Part shown: positions 8,376 through 18,066 of the stretch, piece after piece
Layout of the letters: every line of letters begins with the position of its first letter
Numbering within the stretch: the stretch's first letter is position 1
DNA from: Gemmatimonadota bacterium
GTDB taxonomy: Bacteria > Gemmatimonadota > Gemmatimonadetes > Gemmatimonadales > Gemmatimonadaceae
Direction of reading: 5' to 3'
Length of the DNA stretch: 64,000 nt
Assembly (NCBI GenBank): GCA_040389905.1
Contig: JAZJZK010000018.1
Span: 24,868 to 88,867 of the forward strand
Program-made: the position numbers and the translations under genes
Notes under the pieces: generated by a model
Told to the model about the DNA's origin: nothing
Database searches by the model: none
What the model saw: the letters and a program-made list of their open reading frames with translations, nothing else

Positions 8376-8922
8376 GAGACGGAGGCCTGTGCTCCCGTGC
8401 CTGAAGGCAGTCGTCCGAGGAGTTGTCCTCTGGCACCGTGCACGATCAGACCTGGAAGCGATCTGACCCGATTGTAGGGCGGACTTTTGGCACCGGCCAT
8501 TTTCTTCTACAATCTTCAACAATTGGCCAGACGCACCCCTCTGCCTTTCGCTGTCACGCGCGTGGACCCGCGCGTCCGCGTCGGCGAGACACCCCTGTGC
8601 GCCGGCGTTCCAGTGTCCCCCGATAGCCGGATCTGACGTGCTGGTGGCACGCTCGACGAAGGTCGCGTGGCGTCGTCCTTGGTGATCACAACTGATTGTC
8701 CGACTTCCATAGGATGTCATCCTGCGCCTCGAGGTGCCGCACTTCGGTGCACTAGAGGAGACGTCGGGAGGGCACCCCGTCTCCCCCTCAGTACAGGCGA
8801 GGAGCACGGCGCCACCCGCGCCGGTGTTCCCTCAAGCCGTTCACGGATATGGGCCGCGGCCGGAGCGCCTAGGAGGCTGCGGATGGCGCGCGAATGCGCC
8901 ATCCACCTTTTGATTCGACAAC

Positions 8923-9240
8923 ATGAGCCGCATCCGTCGCCTGCCCACAGTGCTGGTGGACTCAGAGTCCTTCGCTCAGGAAGTGCGCCTCTTACTGTCG
9001 CGAGGGCGTCTCACTCAGCACGAGTACGACGTGCTGTACTTCGCGGTAATCGTTCGGCGCGCCGAGGACAACTCGTTGAAGCGCATTGCATCCATGGTAC
9101 GCCGTGAGACCGGCGCCGCGCGTCTGCTGACCGATCTCGATCCGTTGAGTCGCGTTCGATTCACAGAGAATGAGATTCGCACGCTACTACGCCGTGGAGT
9201 AACAATCCTACGACAGGAGGGATTGGTTTCGGGAGAATAG
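8923..9240 (+). CDS. Hypothetical protein, possibly DNA-binding
   Basis: Protein-like composition; LTQHEYDVL...IRTLLRRGVTILR loosely resembles sigma region 4. Confidence 0.5.
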   Translation: MSRIRRLPTVLVDSESFAQEVRLLLSRGRLTQHEYDVLYFAVIVRRAEDNSLKRIASMVRRETGAARLLTDLDPLSRVRFTENEIRTLLRRGVTILRQEGLVSGE

Positions 9241-9401
9241 GGCGGCGCATCCGAGACGCCAACCTCGGAGGGGCGACTCCCTAATGTGGGTGCCCGTTTT
9301 GAGAGAGCTCACCGCGCTTGGGACTCAGCAGTCAACGAGCAATGGCCACCACCGCGCGGTTCGCTCGGCGATTCTCTCTCTCCTGCTACTACCGCCGCGC
9401 C

Positions 9402-10547
9402 TCAGTCCTCTTCACGGCGCCACACCTCGTCTTTTCGGAAGCTGCTAAGGCCGACCATCAATTCGTCAAACTGACGAGCGGAGAGAGCCTCGACGCCGTC
9501 AGGTAATATCAATGCGCATCCTAGACTCTTACCAATCCCAGCTAGGACGTATTCACCGTCCGGCAACGACCTAGCGGCGGCGGCGAGGACTGGCCCTAGC
9601 AGTCCGCAGAAGAGTGTCCACGCCTCATCTGGATGCATTTGGACAATCGGAACCTTTGGCCGCTTCGGCATCCATGATCCGTCGATCTGTTTCTCCGCGA
9701 ACTCTTCGCCCGCCTTGTCGAGCTCGCGTTGCCTTGCGTTGTGCACGGCTGCACTGAGCGCGCCTACGCGCTCCCGCGCCACGATCTGCGGCTCAACTCG
9801 TCTCGCGGACGGGGTCACGTCCAAGGCGACGCGGGTTTTTGCTCGCACCGCATCGAGCAGTTGCGCTTCCGACATAGCTCGAACCGCCGACCAATCCATC
9901 ACGTCGCCAGAGCCAATCACTCCGGCAGATCGAAAGTCCGCCTCCTCGAGCGCAGAGGCCACGCTCAGTGCCCGGCTCACGTTTGCCGCCTCCCGGTCGA
10001 GCCACACTGCGAAGGCCGACTGGAGAGCGTCGTCATTCTCGAGTTGATACCGCCGCCAGACTTCGCGAAGTAGGCGGGCGCGCTCCCAGTAGGAGCCTCC
10101 CCTCACGTTGAGAAGCTCCATCCAGGCGAGCACACGTGCCTCAAGGTCGGATGCTTCGACGAGGCGCGCGATGAGCGTTGGTGGTGAGCCCACAGCCGTG
10201 CGCTCGCCTGACGCTCCGGCGACACCTTTGTTGTTGATGGTCTCCCAGGCAGCAAGCCAGCGAGATCCAGCTATGACCTCGTAGCGTGCTTCCTCACCTG
10301 CTGGCGGCGGCACTAGGCGAACGATTATTGGGTCTTGCTGGCCAGCCGCAGCTTTCTGTATCTCGGTGTCGATTTCCCGTTCCTGCCAGTCTCGCGTCAG
10401 CCAGGGCGCCATGAGAAGCGCATCAAAGGGGAGCTGGATCAGAGGGGCGTGCTCGCTTCGGCGAGCGAGAACTGCACGGGGGCTAGGGGGAGTGGGAGCC
10501 CCGCTGGAGGTAGGCTCCGTGGTCGCTTTTGTGCTCTTTCGCGTCAA
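9402..10547 (-). CDS. ParB/RepB-like protein, divergent
   Basis: QDPIIVR...YEVIAGSRWLAA and HTH QSAFAVWLDREAANVSRAL. Confidence 0.7.
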   Translation of the reverse strand: MTRKSTKATTEPTSSGAPTPPSPRAVLARRSEHAPLIQLPFDALLMAPWLTRDWQEREIDTEIQKAAAGQQDPIIVRLVPPPAGEEARYEVIAGSRWLAAWETINNKGVAGASGERTAVGSPPTLIARLVEASDLEARVLAWMELLNVRGGSYWERARLLREVWRRYQLENDDALQSAFAVWLDREAANVSRALSVASALEEADFRSAGVIGSGDVMDWSAVRAMSEAQLLDAVRAKTRVALDVTPSARRVEPQIVARERVGALSAAVHNARQRELDKAGEEFAEKQIDGSWMPKRPKVPIVQMHPDEAWTLFCGLLGPVLAAAARSLPDGEYVLAGIGKSLGCALILPDGVEALSARQFDELMVGLSSFRKDEVWRREED

Positions 10548-10863
10548 TGAGTCCGCCTTTGGCCTTCAAGGTTTAAGAATGCGTGCGGGAAACATAGCGT
10601 TGGCAATTGGGCGGCCATCGAATATCGGGGGCAATCGCGGTACTTTTGCTGTGGCCGCCACCTTGAGCCCCTCTTGAGGCCGGCTGCCCGGCTTTACCTG
10701 AACAGCGCGAGCTCGATGCATGTTGAGCCCGCACCAGGCTGCGTCGTAGCTATCCACATCTTCGTGACTATCGGCTGCGACTTCGCGTTCCAATTTGCGC
10801 GACGGCCGCGTACGTCCGTCCAGTCCCGACATCCACTTTCTTACATCTGAGAGACATAACTGC

Positions 10864-11109
10864 ATGGCATCCGCCTCTCCGCCGACCCCGTCCCTGCTGC
10901 GTCGCGTCAATTTGACGGAGGCCGGCAAAGGAGCTTGGCGGATACTACTCGAGCCAGAAAAGCGACGGTATCGCGTCGTGCACAGTCGCACAAAGTCGTC
11001 ATACACTGTGTTCTACGGCACACGCACCCAGCGATCCGTCGAGGCAGCGGAGGTACACGCCACAGCTTTGTGCGCTGCGCTCAACGCGATCAAGGCGAAG
11101 CGCGCCTAG
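10864..11109 (+). CDS. Hypothetical protein
   Basis: Globular-looking 81-aa ORF. Confidence 0.45.
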   Translation: MASASPPTPSLLRRVNLTEAGKGAWRILLEPEKRRYRVVHSRTKSSYTVFYGTRTQRSVEAAEVHATALCAALNAIKAKRA

Positions 11110-11148
11110 CTGACTATTGAAACCCCTTGGCACTCTCGGAGAACCCAC

Positions 11149-11910
11149 GTGCACAACGGGATGTACTGGCGCCACGTCTTCCGAGATTCCTTCGTCAAAG
11201 AGATTCGCGCTTTCCACGACGTCACGCTTCGGCGTTTTCTTCCGACCTTCGATAACCTCGAGGCAGAAGCAGACGCTGTCACCGCGGCAGAGTACGAGCG
11301 ACTCGGCCAATGCTCTGGGGGCGATGGCGATAGTGGATACGACATGGCTGACGCGGCGGAGGACGCGCACGAGGAAGGACTCGAGCACTACCAGCGACTG
11401 ACCTCGGTCCGGCAAGGTCTGCTCAATCTCGTCGCGACCGGTCTATATCATCTCTTCGAGCAGCAAGCCGGCACATTCACGCGTCGGCAACTCCTCACAG
11501 TTCATGAGGAGCGCAACGAGGCCTTCATGCGGCCCCTCTTTAAGGGCAGCCGCATGATGGCCGAGATGAACGCGCGTCTCCTCAAGGAGGGCATCGACCC
11601 GTCGCAATTGCCGACCTGGCACAAGGTTGATGAGCTTCGGCTTGTAGCGAACACGATCAAGCACGGACCCGGAGGCTCCGCCCAAGATCTCTATGCGCTG
11701 GCGCCGCTTCTCTTCACTTCCCCCGATTTTCGCCCTGGGATGCCATTCGCTGACATGGGGCTACGTCGCCTAGCCTCGGCGCCGAAGATGCCTCGCGTTG
11801 ATCGCCCGCTCGGCGGGGAGGATATCTATATCACCGCCGAAGAGCTCACTGCGTATTGTGAGTCGCTCGTGGCATTCTGGCATGATCTCGGGGATGCAAT
11901 CGCGAACTAA
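11149..11910 (+). CDS. Hypothetical all-alpha protein, HEPN-like
   Basis: LYHLFEQ...ELRLVANTIKHG resembles the HEPN Rx4-6H region. Confidence 0.55.
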   Translation: MHNGMYWRHVFRDSFVKEIRAFHDVTLRRFLPTFDNLEAEADAVTAAEYERLGQCSGGDGDSGYDMADAAEDAHEEGLEHYQRLTSVRQGLLNLVATGLYHLFEQQAGTFTRRQLLTVHEERNEAFMRPLFKGSRMMAEMNARLLKEGIDPSQLPTWHKVDELRLVANTIKHGPGGSAQDLYALAPLLFTSPDFRPGMPFADMGLRRLASAPKMPRVDRPLGGEDIYITAEELTAYCESLVAFWHDLGDAIAN

Positions 11911-12439
11911 GTTCGCACCCGAGCATCAACTTGTTGCCACTAGGGTTTCGACTTTGCGCGCGCTGTAGGGCTGTCTCTTCGGGCCAAAGCCCGACGAGCG
12001 GCGCGTTGAGCTTCCGTCTTCTCGTCCTCAGCGGCGGTGGCTAGATCTGCCACCCCCTGCGCAATCTCCGATGCGTCAACGGCACGAAGCTCGTCGACTC
12101 CGGGAGTGGCCCCTGACGGCTCGGGCGCATTGCGGACTTTCTCGACTGACCCGCTTTGGTGGCGTGGCGTCATGGACGTGTGTGGCGTGAGTCGCTTTTC
12201 GAAAGCTAGCCGGTGGTGAAGCGAAGCGTGGGAATACTTCGCTGCGCCGCCTCGCCGTAGAAAGACGATTGAGACCTGTAGCCATCCGCCTCACACGCGT
12301 ACCGGGGTGAGCGAGGCGGCCGCCTTCTCGACGCCCAATTGTTCAAGGACAGCCCCTCTGTTCAAGACGGGGTCTGCTGCACGCGCGATCTTCCGTCCTC
12401 GCGCTTGACGCGCAGGCATCACGCACACTCGGGGTACCT

Positions 12440-12967
12440 ATGATCGCACACACCGGAGAATTGCCCGCACGCGCTTCGCGACCGGCAAACAGCCACAAGG
12501 CTCCTCCAATGATGGCGGGCCTGCTTGGCTCCCTCGTCTTCGTTCTCGTGCTCGGCGCACTTCTCTACTCAAGCGGCCTCGCCAACGCTCGTTCGATGGA
12601 TCGGTCCCGGGAGGCGACACCAAGCGTATATGCGAGTCTCGGCCACCGCCGGTCGCATAACCATCGCTATTTTGCCGAGGTCACTGCGACTACGGCGCTC
12701 AAGGTTGGGGAGCGTCAGCGTTGGACGTTTCGTCTGAATCGACACAACGGCAGTCGCGTCTCAGATGCGACAGTCATCGCATTGGCATTGATGCCCGAAA
12801 CCGGCACACGCGCCACCGTGCAGCCCCGCGTTTCATATGCCGGCGGGGGCGTATACACCATCGACGACGTCATGTTCTCTCGGCATGGCTGGTGGACTCT
12901 TGCCCTCATTGTTGACGGCAAGGCCGGCATAGATAGCCTCGCCTTCAACATCATTCTCCCCGAGTAG
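12440..12967 (+). CDS. YtkA/FixH-like membrane-anchored Ig-fold protein
   Basis: N-terminal TM; MPE...PRVS..GGGVY...FSRHGWW...GIDSLAFNI. Confidence 0.65.
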   Translation: MIAHTGELPARASRPANSHKAPPMMAGLLGSLVFVLVLGALLYSSGLANARSMDRSREATPSVYASLGHRRSHNHRYFAEVTATTALKVGERQRWTFRLNRHNGSRVSDATVIALALMPETGTRATVQPRVSYAGGGVYTIDDVMFSRHGWWTLALIVDGKAGIDSLAFNIILPE

Positions 12968-13052
12968 CAGAAAGCGCTAGCGAGAGGACCGGAGCTCCGA
13001 GTGACTGTACGGTCGCGTTCGTGCCATTTGCTCGTCACACGCGTAGCCCTGG

Positions 13053-13559
13053 CTACCGACGTCGTCGAAAGTGCAGCGCTGCATCACGCACCATTGCACG
13101 CGTACACCAGCGCGCGTAGAATCGCCCGGCCACATGCCCCAAAATGCGGGGAAACCCGTTTTGGGGCAGCTCGTAGTCAATAGCGATGCGCAGGGACGTG
13201 CCTTCCCCCACCATGCGCAGTTCCAAGTCCATGCGGTACGCGCCAATGACGAGAATCTTTGGTTCACCCACGGTCTCCCATCGCTTTCGCCGCGGCGGAT
13301 TGTAGTCGACGATGACCGCATCGACGCCAAGGTGCATACCTAGGACTGTTCCGCCGAGGTGGAGACGTGACCCGATCCGCTGCCCGCGCGCATCGTCCGT
13401 CACGATTTCCATTCGACTTCCTCCCATCATCCACGAGCGGTTGGCCATGTGGAGGGATAGGTGCGCCGGGTCATCCAAGAAGGCGAATGCCTCGGTCGGC
13501 GAGGCGTCGAGGACGCCTTCGTATTCCTCATGCCTGGTGTACCGTGCACCCTCTGTCAC
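13053..13559 (-). CDS. SRPBCC family protein
   Basis: ASPTEAFAFLDDPAHLSLHM...WETVGEPKILVIGAY; GTG start assumed. Confidence 0.7.
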   Translation of the reverse strand: MTEGARYTRHEEYEGVLDASPTEAFAFLDDPAHLSLHMANRSWMMGGSRMEIVTDDARGQRIGSRLHLGGTVLGMHLGVDAVIVDYNPPRRKRWETVGEPKILVIGAYRMDLELRMVGEGTSLRIAIDYELPQNGFPRILGHVAGRFYARWCTRAMVRDAALHFRRRR

Positions 13560-13599
13560 GAGTGGTGTAGACTCACGCCGGGCCCTTGTCTCGTTGCTT

Positions 13600-16500
13600 C
13601 TACGATGCGGGGATGACAATTGCCGCCTCCTTGATCGACTCGGTGCGCGCGGTGTGCTGCACCCGCGTGGATAGCGCGCGCTCTTTCCAGAGGGAATAGA
13701 TCGCCGGAATGACGACGAGAGTGAGCACCGTGGACGATAGCATTCCACCGACCATTGGAGCGGCAACGCGCTTCATGACGTCGGCGCCCGCCCCTTGGCT
13801 CCACAGAATCGGGATGAGCCCCGCCATGATTGCGGTTACTGTCATGATCTTGGGTCGCACGCGCTCTACCGCACCATGCTCCACGGCGGCATCGACGTCA
13901 CTTACACTGTGCACTTCGCTGCGACTCACGCGGGCCCGATACTCGTGGTCGAGGTAGATCAGCATGATGACCCCCGTCTCCGCGGCGACTCCGGCGAGTG
14001 CGATGAAGCCGATGGCCACCGCCACGCTCATGTTGTAGTCAAGGAGCCACATGAGCCACACGCCGCCCACCAGCGCAAACGGCAGGGAGAGCATGACGAT
14101 TGCGCTCTCCGCCACACTTCGGAAATTCCAATACAGCAAACCGAAGATGATGAGGAGCGTGAAGGGCACAACGAAGCGCAGCCGCTGATTGGCACGCTGC
14201 AGTGATTCAAACTGTCCTGACCATTCGAGGCGATATCCCGTGGGGAGTGTCAGCTTACGCTCCAACAACTCCTTTGCCTCGGCGACGTAGCCTCCGACGT
14301 CCCTGCCCTGCACGTCGACGTAGACGATGTTGTTGAGGTAGGCGTTCTCGGACTTTATGAGCGTCGATCCCCGCGTCACCGCGATTCGCGCGAGCTCAGC
14401 GAGTGCGACCTGTGCGCCACCAGGCGTCGCCACAAGGATGCTTCCGATTTGTTCGGGACTCTCGCGCAGCTCACGGGGGTATCTCACGAGCACTGAGTAG
14501 CGCTCGCGTCCCTCGATGACTTGACCGACCTCCATGCCGCCTGCGGCCGTAGAAAGCGCCATCTGTACGTCACCCACGGTCATGCCATAGCGGGCCGCCG
14601 CATCTCGGTCGATAGTGACATCGAGATACTTGCCTCCGACGGCGCGTTCTGCGAATACGGTGTTGGTGCCCGCCACCGAAGGCAGCAATCCTTCAATCGA
14701 CTTGCCGATGGCGTCGAGCGTATCGAGGCTCGGGCCGAACAGCTTGATCCCCACGGGGGTTTTGATGCCTGTGGTCAGCATGTCGAGGCGATTCTTGATC
14801 GGCATGCTCCACATGTTGCCAACCCCAGGCGTCCTCACGCGCGCATTCGCTTCACCGACAATGGAGTCGTAAGTCACGCCGGGCCGCCATTCGGACTTGT
14901 CCTTCAGAATGGCGATGGTTTCGATCATCGACATTGGCGCCATGTCGGTTGCGCTCTCGGCACGTCCAATCTTGCCAAGTACCATGCGAACCTCGGGAAT
15001 ACTTGCGATGGCGGCGTCCCGTTGCTGCAGGATCTGCTTTGCTTGAGTAGCACCGACGCCCGGGAAGAGCGAGGGCATGTCCATGAGCGACCCTTCATTG
15101 AGCGGCGGCATGAATTCGCTCCCGATCCTCCTCCACGGCAGAATCGTCACCACGAGCAGCACACCTGCTGCAGCAATCGTGGGCCAACGATTCCGTAGCA
15201 CGAAATGGATTATTGGTCGATAGAGTCGGATTAGAACTCGATTCACCGGATTCGAGGCTTCCGGCTTTACACCCTTCCGAATGGTCAGCCCCATCAACAC
15301 CGGCACGAGGGTGATCGACAGTATCGCTGCCGCGGCCATCGACAGTGTCTTCGTCCATGCCAGCGGCTTGAAGAGCCGTCCCTCCTGCGCTTCGAGCGCG
15401 AACACAGGGATGAACGACACCGTGATGATGAGAAGCGAGACGAACAGGGAGGGGCCGACCTCCTTGCATGAATCGACGACGAGCGCCCAATGCTCCCGCG
15501 GCGAGCCCTCGCTCTCGTTGCGCTCCATGTGCTTGTGGAGGTTTTCGACTTGGACGATAGCCGCGTCGATCATGGCGCCTATGGCGATGGCAATCCCTCC
15601 GAGCGACATGATGTTGGCGCTGAGGCCGATGCCGCGCATCGCCAGGAACGCCATGAGGATGCCAATCGGCAGCGTGATGATCGCGACGAGGGCGCTGGTC
15701 CCATGCAGCAGGAAGATCACCGTGACCATTGCGACGATGATCGACTCCTCGACGAGCTTCTCACGCAGCGTCGCTATAGCGTGCGCGATAAGTCCGGATC
15801 GGTCGTACCCTTCCACGAAGACGACGCCCTTCGGCAGCGCCTTCTGAACTTCGGCCATCTTGGCCTTCACCCCGTCAATCACATCGACGGGGTTTTCGCC
15901 GTAGCGCATAACGACCCAGCCAGTCACGATCTCGCCTTTGCCATCGAGATCTGTAATGCCTCGGCGGATGTCAGGACCTACCTGCACGTTCGCGACGTCG
16001 CCGACTGTGACCGGCGAACCCCCCGCGCCGCTGCCGATTGCCACTTTCCGGATATCGGCGACGGCCTGAAATCGTCCTCGCCCGCGGATGACGTACTCAG
16101 ATCCGCCCATCTCCAGCACGCGGCCGCCAACGTCCTCGTTCGATGCGCGTACCGCTTCACTCACTCTCGATACCGGGATGCCATACGCCAAGAGCTTCGC
16201 CGGATCGACTTCAACCTGATATTGCTTTTCAAACCCGCCGAGCGACGCGATTTCCGCGACTCCCTTCACCGCGGTGAGGGCCGGCCGCACGGTCCAGTCC
16301 TGAAGCGCACGTAGCTCGGCAAGATTTCGCTTTCCCGTGGTGTCTGTCAGGATGTACTGCATGACCCAGCCGACGCCCGTCGCGTCGGGGCCGAGCATTG
16401 GCATGGAGCCAACTGGGAGCTTGCCTGTGACTCCGTTCAGATACTCGAGCACACGCGAGCGCGCCCAGTAGAGATCCGTGCCATCCTCGAAAACGATGTA

Positions 16501-16779
16501 GACCGCCGACAGCCCGAACTGACTCATGCCACGCACGAACTTCATGCGCGGCACTTTCAGCATTTCAGTAGAAAGCGGATACGTGACCTGGTCTTCGACG
16601 GTCTGCGGCGCCTGACCGGGCCACTGAGTCATCACGATGACTTGAACGTCGGATAGATCCGGAATGGCGTCCACGGGGGTGCGAAGCATCGCAAAGGTTC
16701 CGGCGATGCTTACTGCGACGGTCCCAAGGATGACTGCGAGCTTGTGGGTAACCGACCACTCGATGATGCGTTTAAGCAT
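13600..16779 (-). CDS. cusA: CusA/CzcA heavy-metal RND transporter (Cu/Ag)
   Basis: DAIPDLSDVQVI, GAMIDAAI, ERVRPKIMT; 1059 aa. Confidence 0.95.
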   Translation of the reverse strand: MLKRIIEWSVTHKLAVILGTVAVSIAGTFAMLRTPVDAIPDLSDVQVIVMTQWPGQAPQTVEDQVTYPLSTEMLKVPRMKFVRGMSQFGLSAVYIVFEDGTDLYWARSRVLEYLNGVTGKLPVGSMPMLGPDATGVGWVMQYILTDTTGKRNLAELRALQDWTVRPALTAVKGVAEIASLGGFEKQYQVEVDPAKLLAYGIPVSRVSEAVRASNEDVGGRVLEMGGSEYVIRGRGRFQAVADIRKVAIGSGAGGSPVTVGDVANVQVGPDIRRGITDLDGKGEIVTGWVVMRYGENPVDVIDGVKAKMAEVQKALPKGVVFVEGYDRSGLIAHAIATLREKLVEESIIVAMVTVIFLLHGTSALVAIITLPIGILMAFLAMRGIGLSANIMSLGGIAIAIGAMIDAAIVQVENLHKHMERNESEGSPREHWALVVDSCKEVGPSLFVSLLIITVSFIPVFALEAQEGRLFKPLAWTKTLSMAAAAILSITLVPVLMGLTIRKGVKPEASNPVNRVLIRLYRPIIHFVLRNRWPTIAAAGVLLVVTILPWRRIGSEFMPPLNEGSLMDMPSLFPGVGATQAKQILQQRDAAIASIPEVRMVLGKIGRAESATDMAPMSMIETIAILKDKSEWRPGVTYDSIVGEANARVRTPGVGNMWSMPIKNRLDMLTTGIKTPVGIKLFGPSLDTLDAIGKSIEGLLPSVAGTNTVFAERAVGGKYLDVTIDRDAAARYGMTVGDVQMALSTAAGGMEVGQVIEGRERYSVLVRYPRELRESPEQIGSILVATPGGAQVALAELARIAVTRGSTLIKSENAYLNNIVYVDVQGRDVGGYVAEAKELLERKLTLPTGYRLEWSGQFESLQRANQRLRFVVPFTLLIIFGLLYWNFRSVAESAIVMLSLPFALVGGVWLMWLLDYNMSVAVAIGFIALAGVAAETGVIMLIYLDHEYRARVSRSEVHSVSDVDAAVEHGAVERVRPKIMTVTAIMAGLIPILWSQGAGADVMKRVAAPMVGGMLSSTVLTLVVIPAIYSLWKERALSTRVQHTARTESIKEAAIVIPAS

Positions 16780-16785
16780 GGGCGG

Positions 16786-18066
16786 CTACCTCTTCGGGGT
16801 GACAGTTGCCGGCATCGGCATTTCCTTCATGTCCCCTTTGTCGCTTGCCCCGCCGGCTGCACCGCCACCTGGCTGGCCGAGCATCGACTTCATCACCTCA
16901 CCGAGATTCGACTCCGAGTCGAGGAGGAACTGCGCTGAGGTGACGACTCGGTTCCCCGCCTCGAGTCCGGACACGATCTCGGTGAACTCGCCTGCCGTGC
17001 GACCGACCTGCACATCCATGGGCATTAGCTCACCCTTGCCCATGTCCATGAAGACCACGTTTCGCTCCCCCGTGCGCAGGAGGGCACTGCTTGGCACGGT
17101 GAGGGCTGATCGGCTTGGGGTCAGGAGCCTCACGGTGGCATACATCCCGGGCTTGAGGGCGCCTCCCGGATTCGCAAGAGTGACGCGTGCGCGCACGCCT
17201 CGCGTCATGGAGTCGAGGGTTGGGTAGACGTACGCGACCGAACCCTTGAGAGCGCGATCCGGTAGCCCGGCGACTTGGATGTCGGCGCCTGAGCCAATCC
17301 GTACTCCCGGTGCGTCAGTCTCGCGTAGCTGCACATCAATCCAGACACCACTGAGATCAGCAACGGTGAAGAGCGCCTCGCCGGCCGTTATCGCCTGGCC
17401 TTGAAGCACTCGCTTTTCGGTCACTACTCCGGTCACAGGCGCGAAGAGCGTGAGGGTGCGGCGGATCTGGCCAGTCCGCTCGATGTCGTCGATTTGCCGC
17501 TCCGAAATGTCGAGGAGCCTCAGCCTGCGGCGAGACGCGGCCACAAGGTCGTTCGTATTTCCAGGAACACCCGGCACAGCGCTTCGGCCCATATCGCGCT
17601 GCAACTGCACCGACAGCAACAGTTCCTGCTGCGCCGCGATGAGGTCAGTGGAATACAGCTCGAGCATCGGTTGCCCGCGCGACACCGGTTGACCAGTCGC
17701 GTTGACATACAGCTTTTCAACGAACCCTCCGATCTTTGGCGCCACTTGCGCGATGCGGGTCTCGTCGAGAGCCACTACGCCAGTGGTGCGAGTTTCGGCG
17801 GTCAATGCGCGCACTTCGGCTGTGCCGAACGTGATGCCAAACTGACGTATCTGCTCTGCGGTGAACCGCACTGACCCGTCCGACGCCGTCGTCATTCCTC
17901 CCATCCCCGCCATTCCTTGCGCGGGCGCAGCGGCAGCCGACTTCGTATCGCCCTCGGCGCCCCTGGCGAGGATAGCCCAGAGTGCTATTGCCACCACGAT
18001 GGAGGCACCAACCACACCGAACAGGCGAAGCTTCGCCCGACGCGTTGCAAACTGCTCCTTAGTCAT
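16786..18066 (-). CDS. cusB: CusB-type periplasmic adaptor
   Basis: GFVEKLY, LKPGMYATV, SAQFLLDSES; Met-rich ends. Confidence 0.92.
   Translation of the reverse strand: MTKEQFATRRAKLRLFGVVGASIVVAIALWAILARGAEGDTKSAAAAPAQGMAGMGGMTTASDGSVRFTAEQIRQFGITFGTAEVRALTAETRTTGVVALDETRIAQVAPKIGGFVEKLYVNATGQPVSRGQPMLELYSTDLIAAQQELLLSVQLQRDMGRSAVPGVPGNTNDLVAASRRRLRLLDISERQIDDIERTGQIRRTLTLFAPVTGVVTEKRVLQGQAITAGEALFTVADLSGVWIDVQLRETDAPGVRIGSGADIQVAGLPDRALKGSVAYVYPTLDSMTRGVRARVTLANPGGALKPGMYATVRLLTPSRSALTVPSSALLRTGERNVVFMDMGKGELMPMDVQVGRTAGEFTEIVSGLEAGNRVVTSAQFLLDSESNLGEVMKSMLGQPGGGAAGGASDKGDMKEMPMPATVTPKR

Noticed and set aside
7977..8807. Full 276-aa ORF
   Set aside because: The N-terminal half is low-complexity and not protein-like; only the C-terminal HTH part is kept
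10548..10863. parS site or replication origin near the ParB-like gene
   Set aside because: No TGTTTCACGTGAAACA-like palindrome or iterons seen
11940..12400. Small minus-strand ORFs
   Set aside because: No RBS or motif support; possibly a gene remnant
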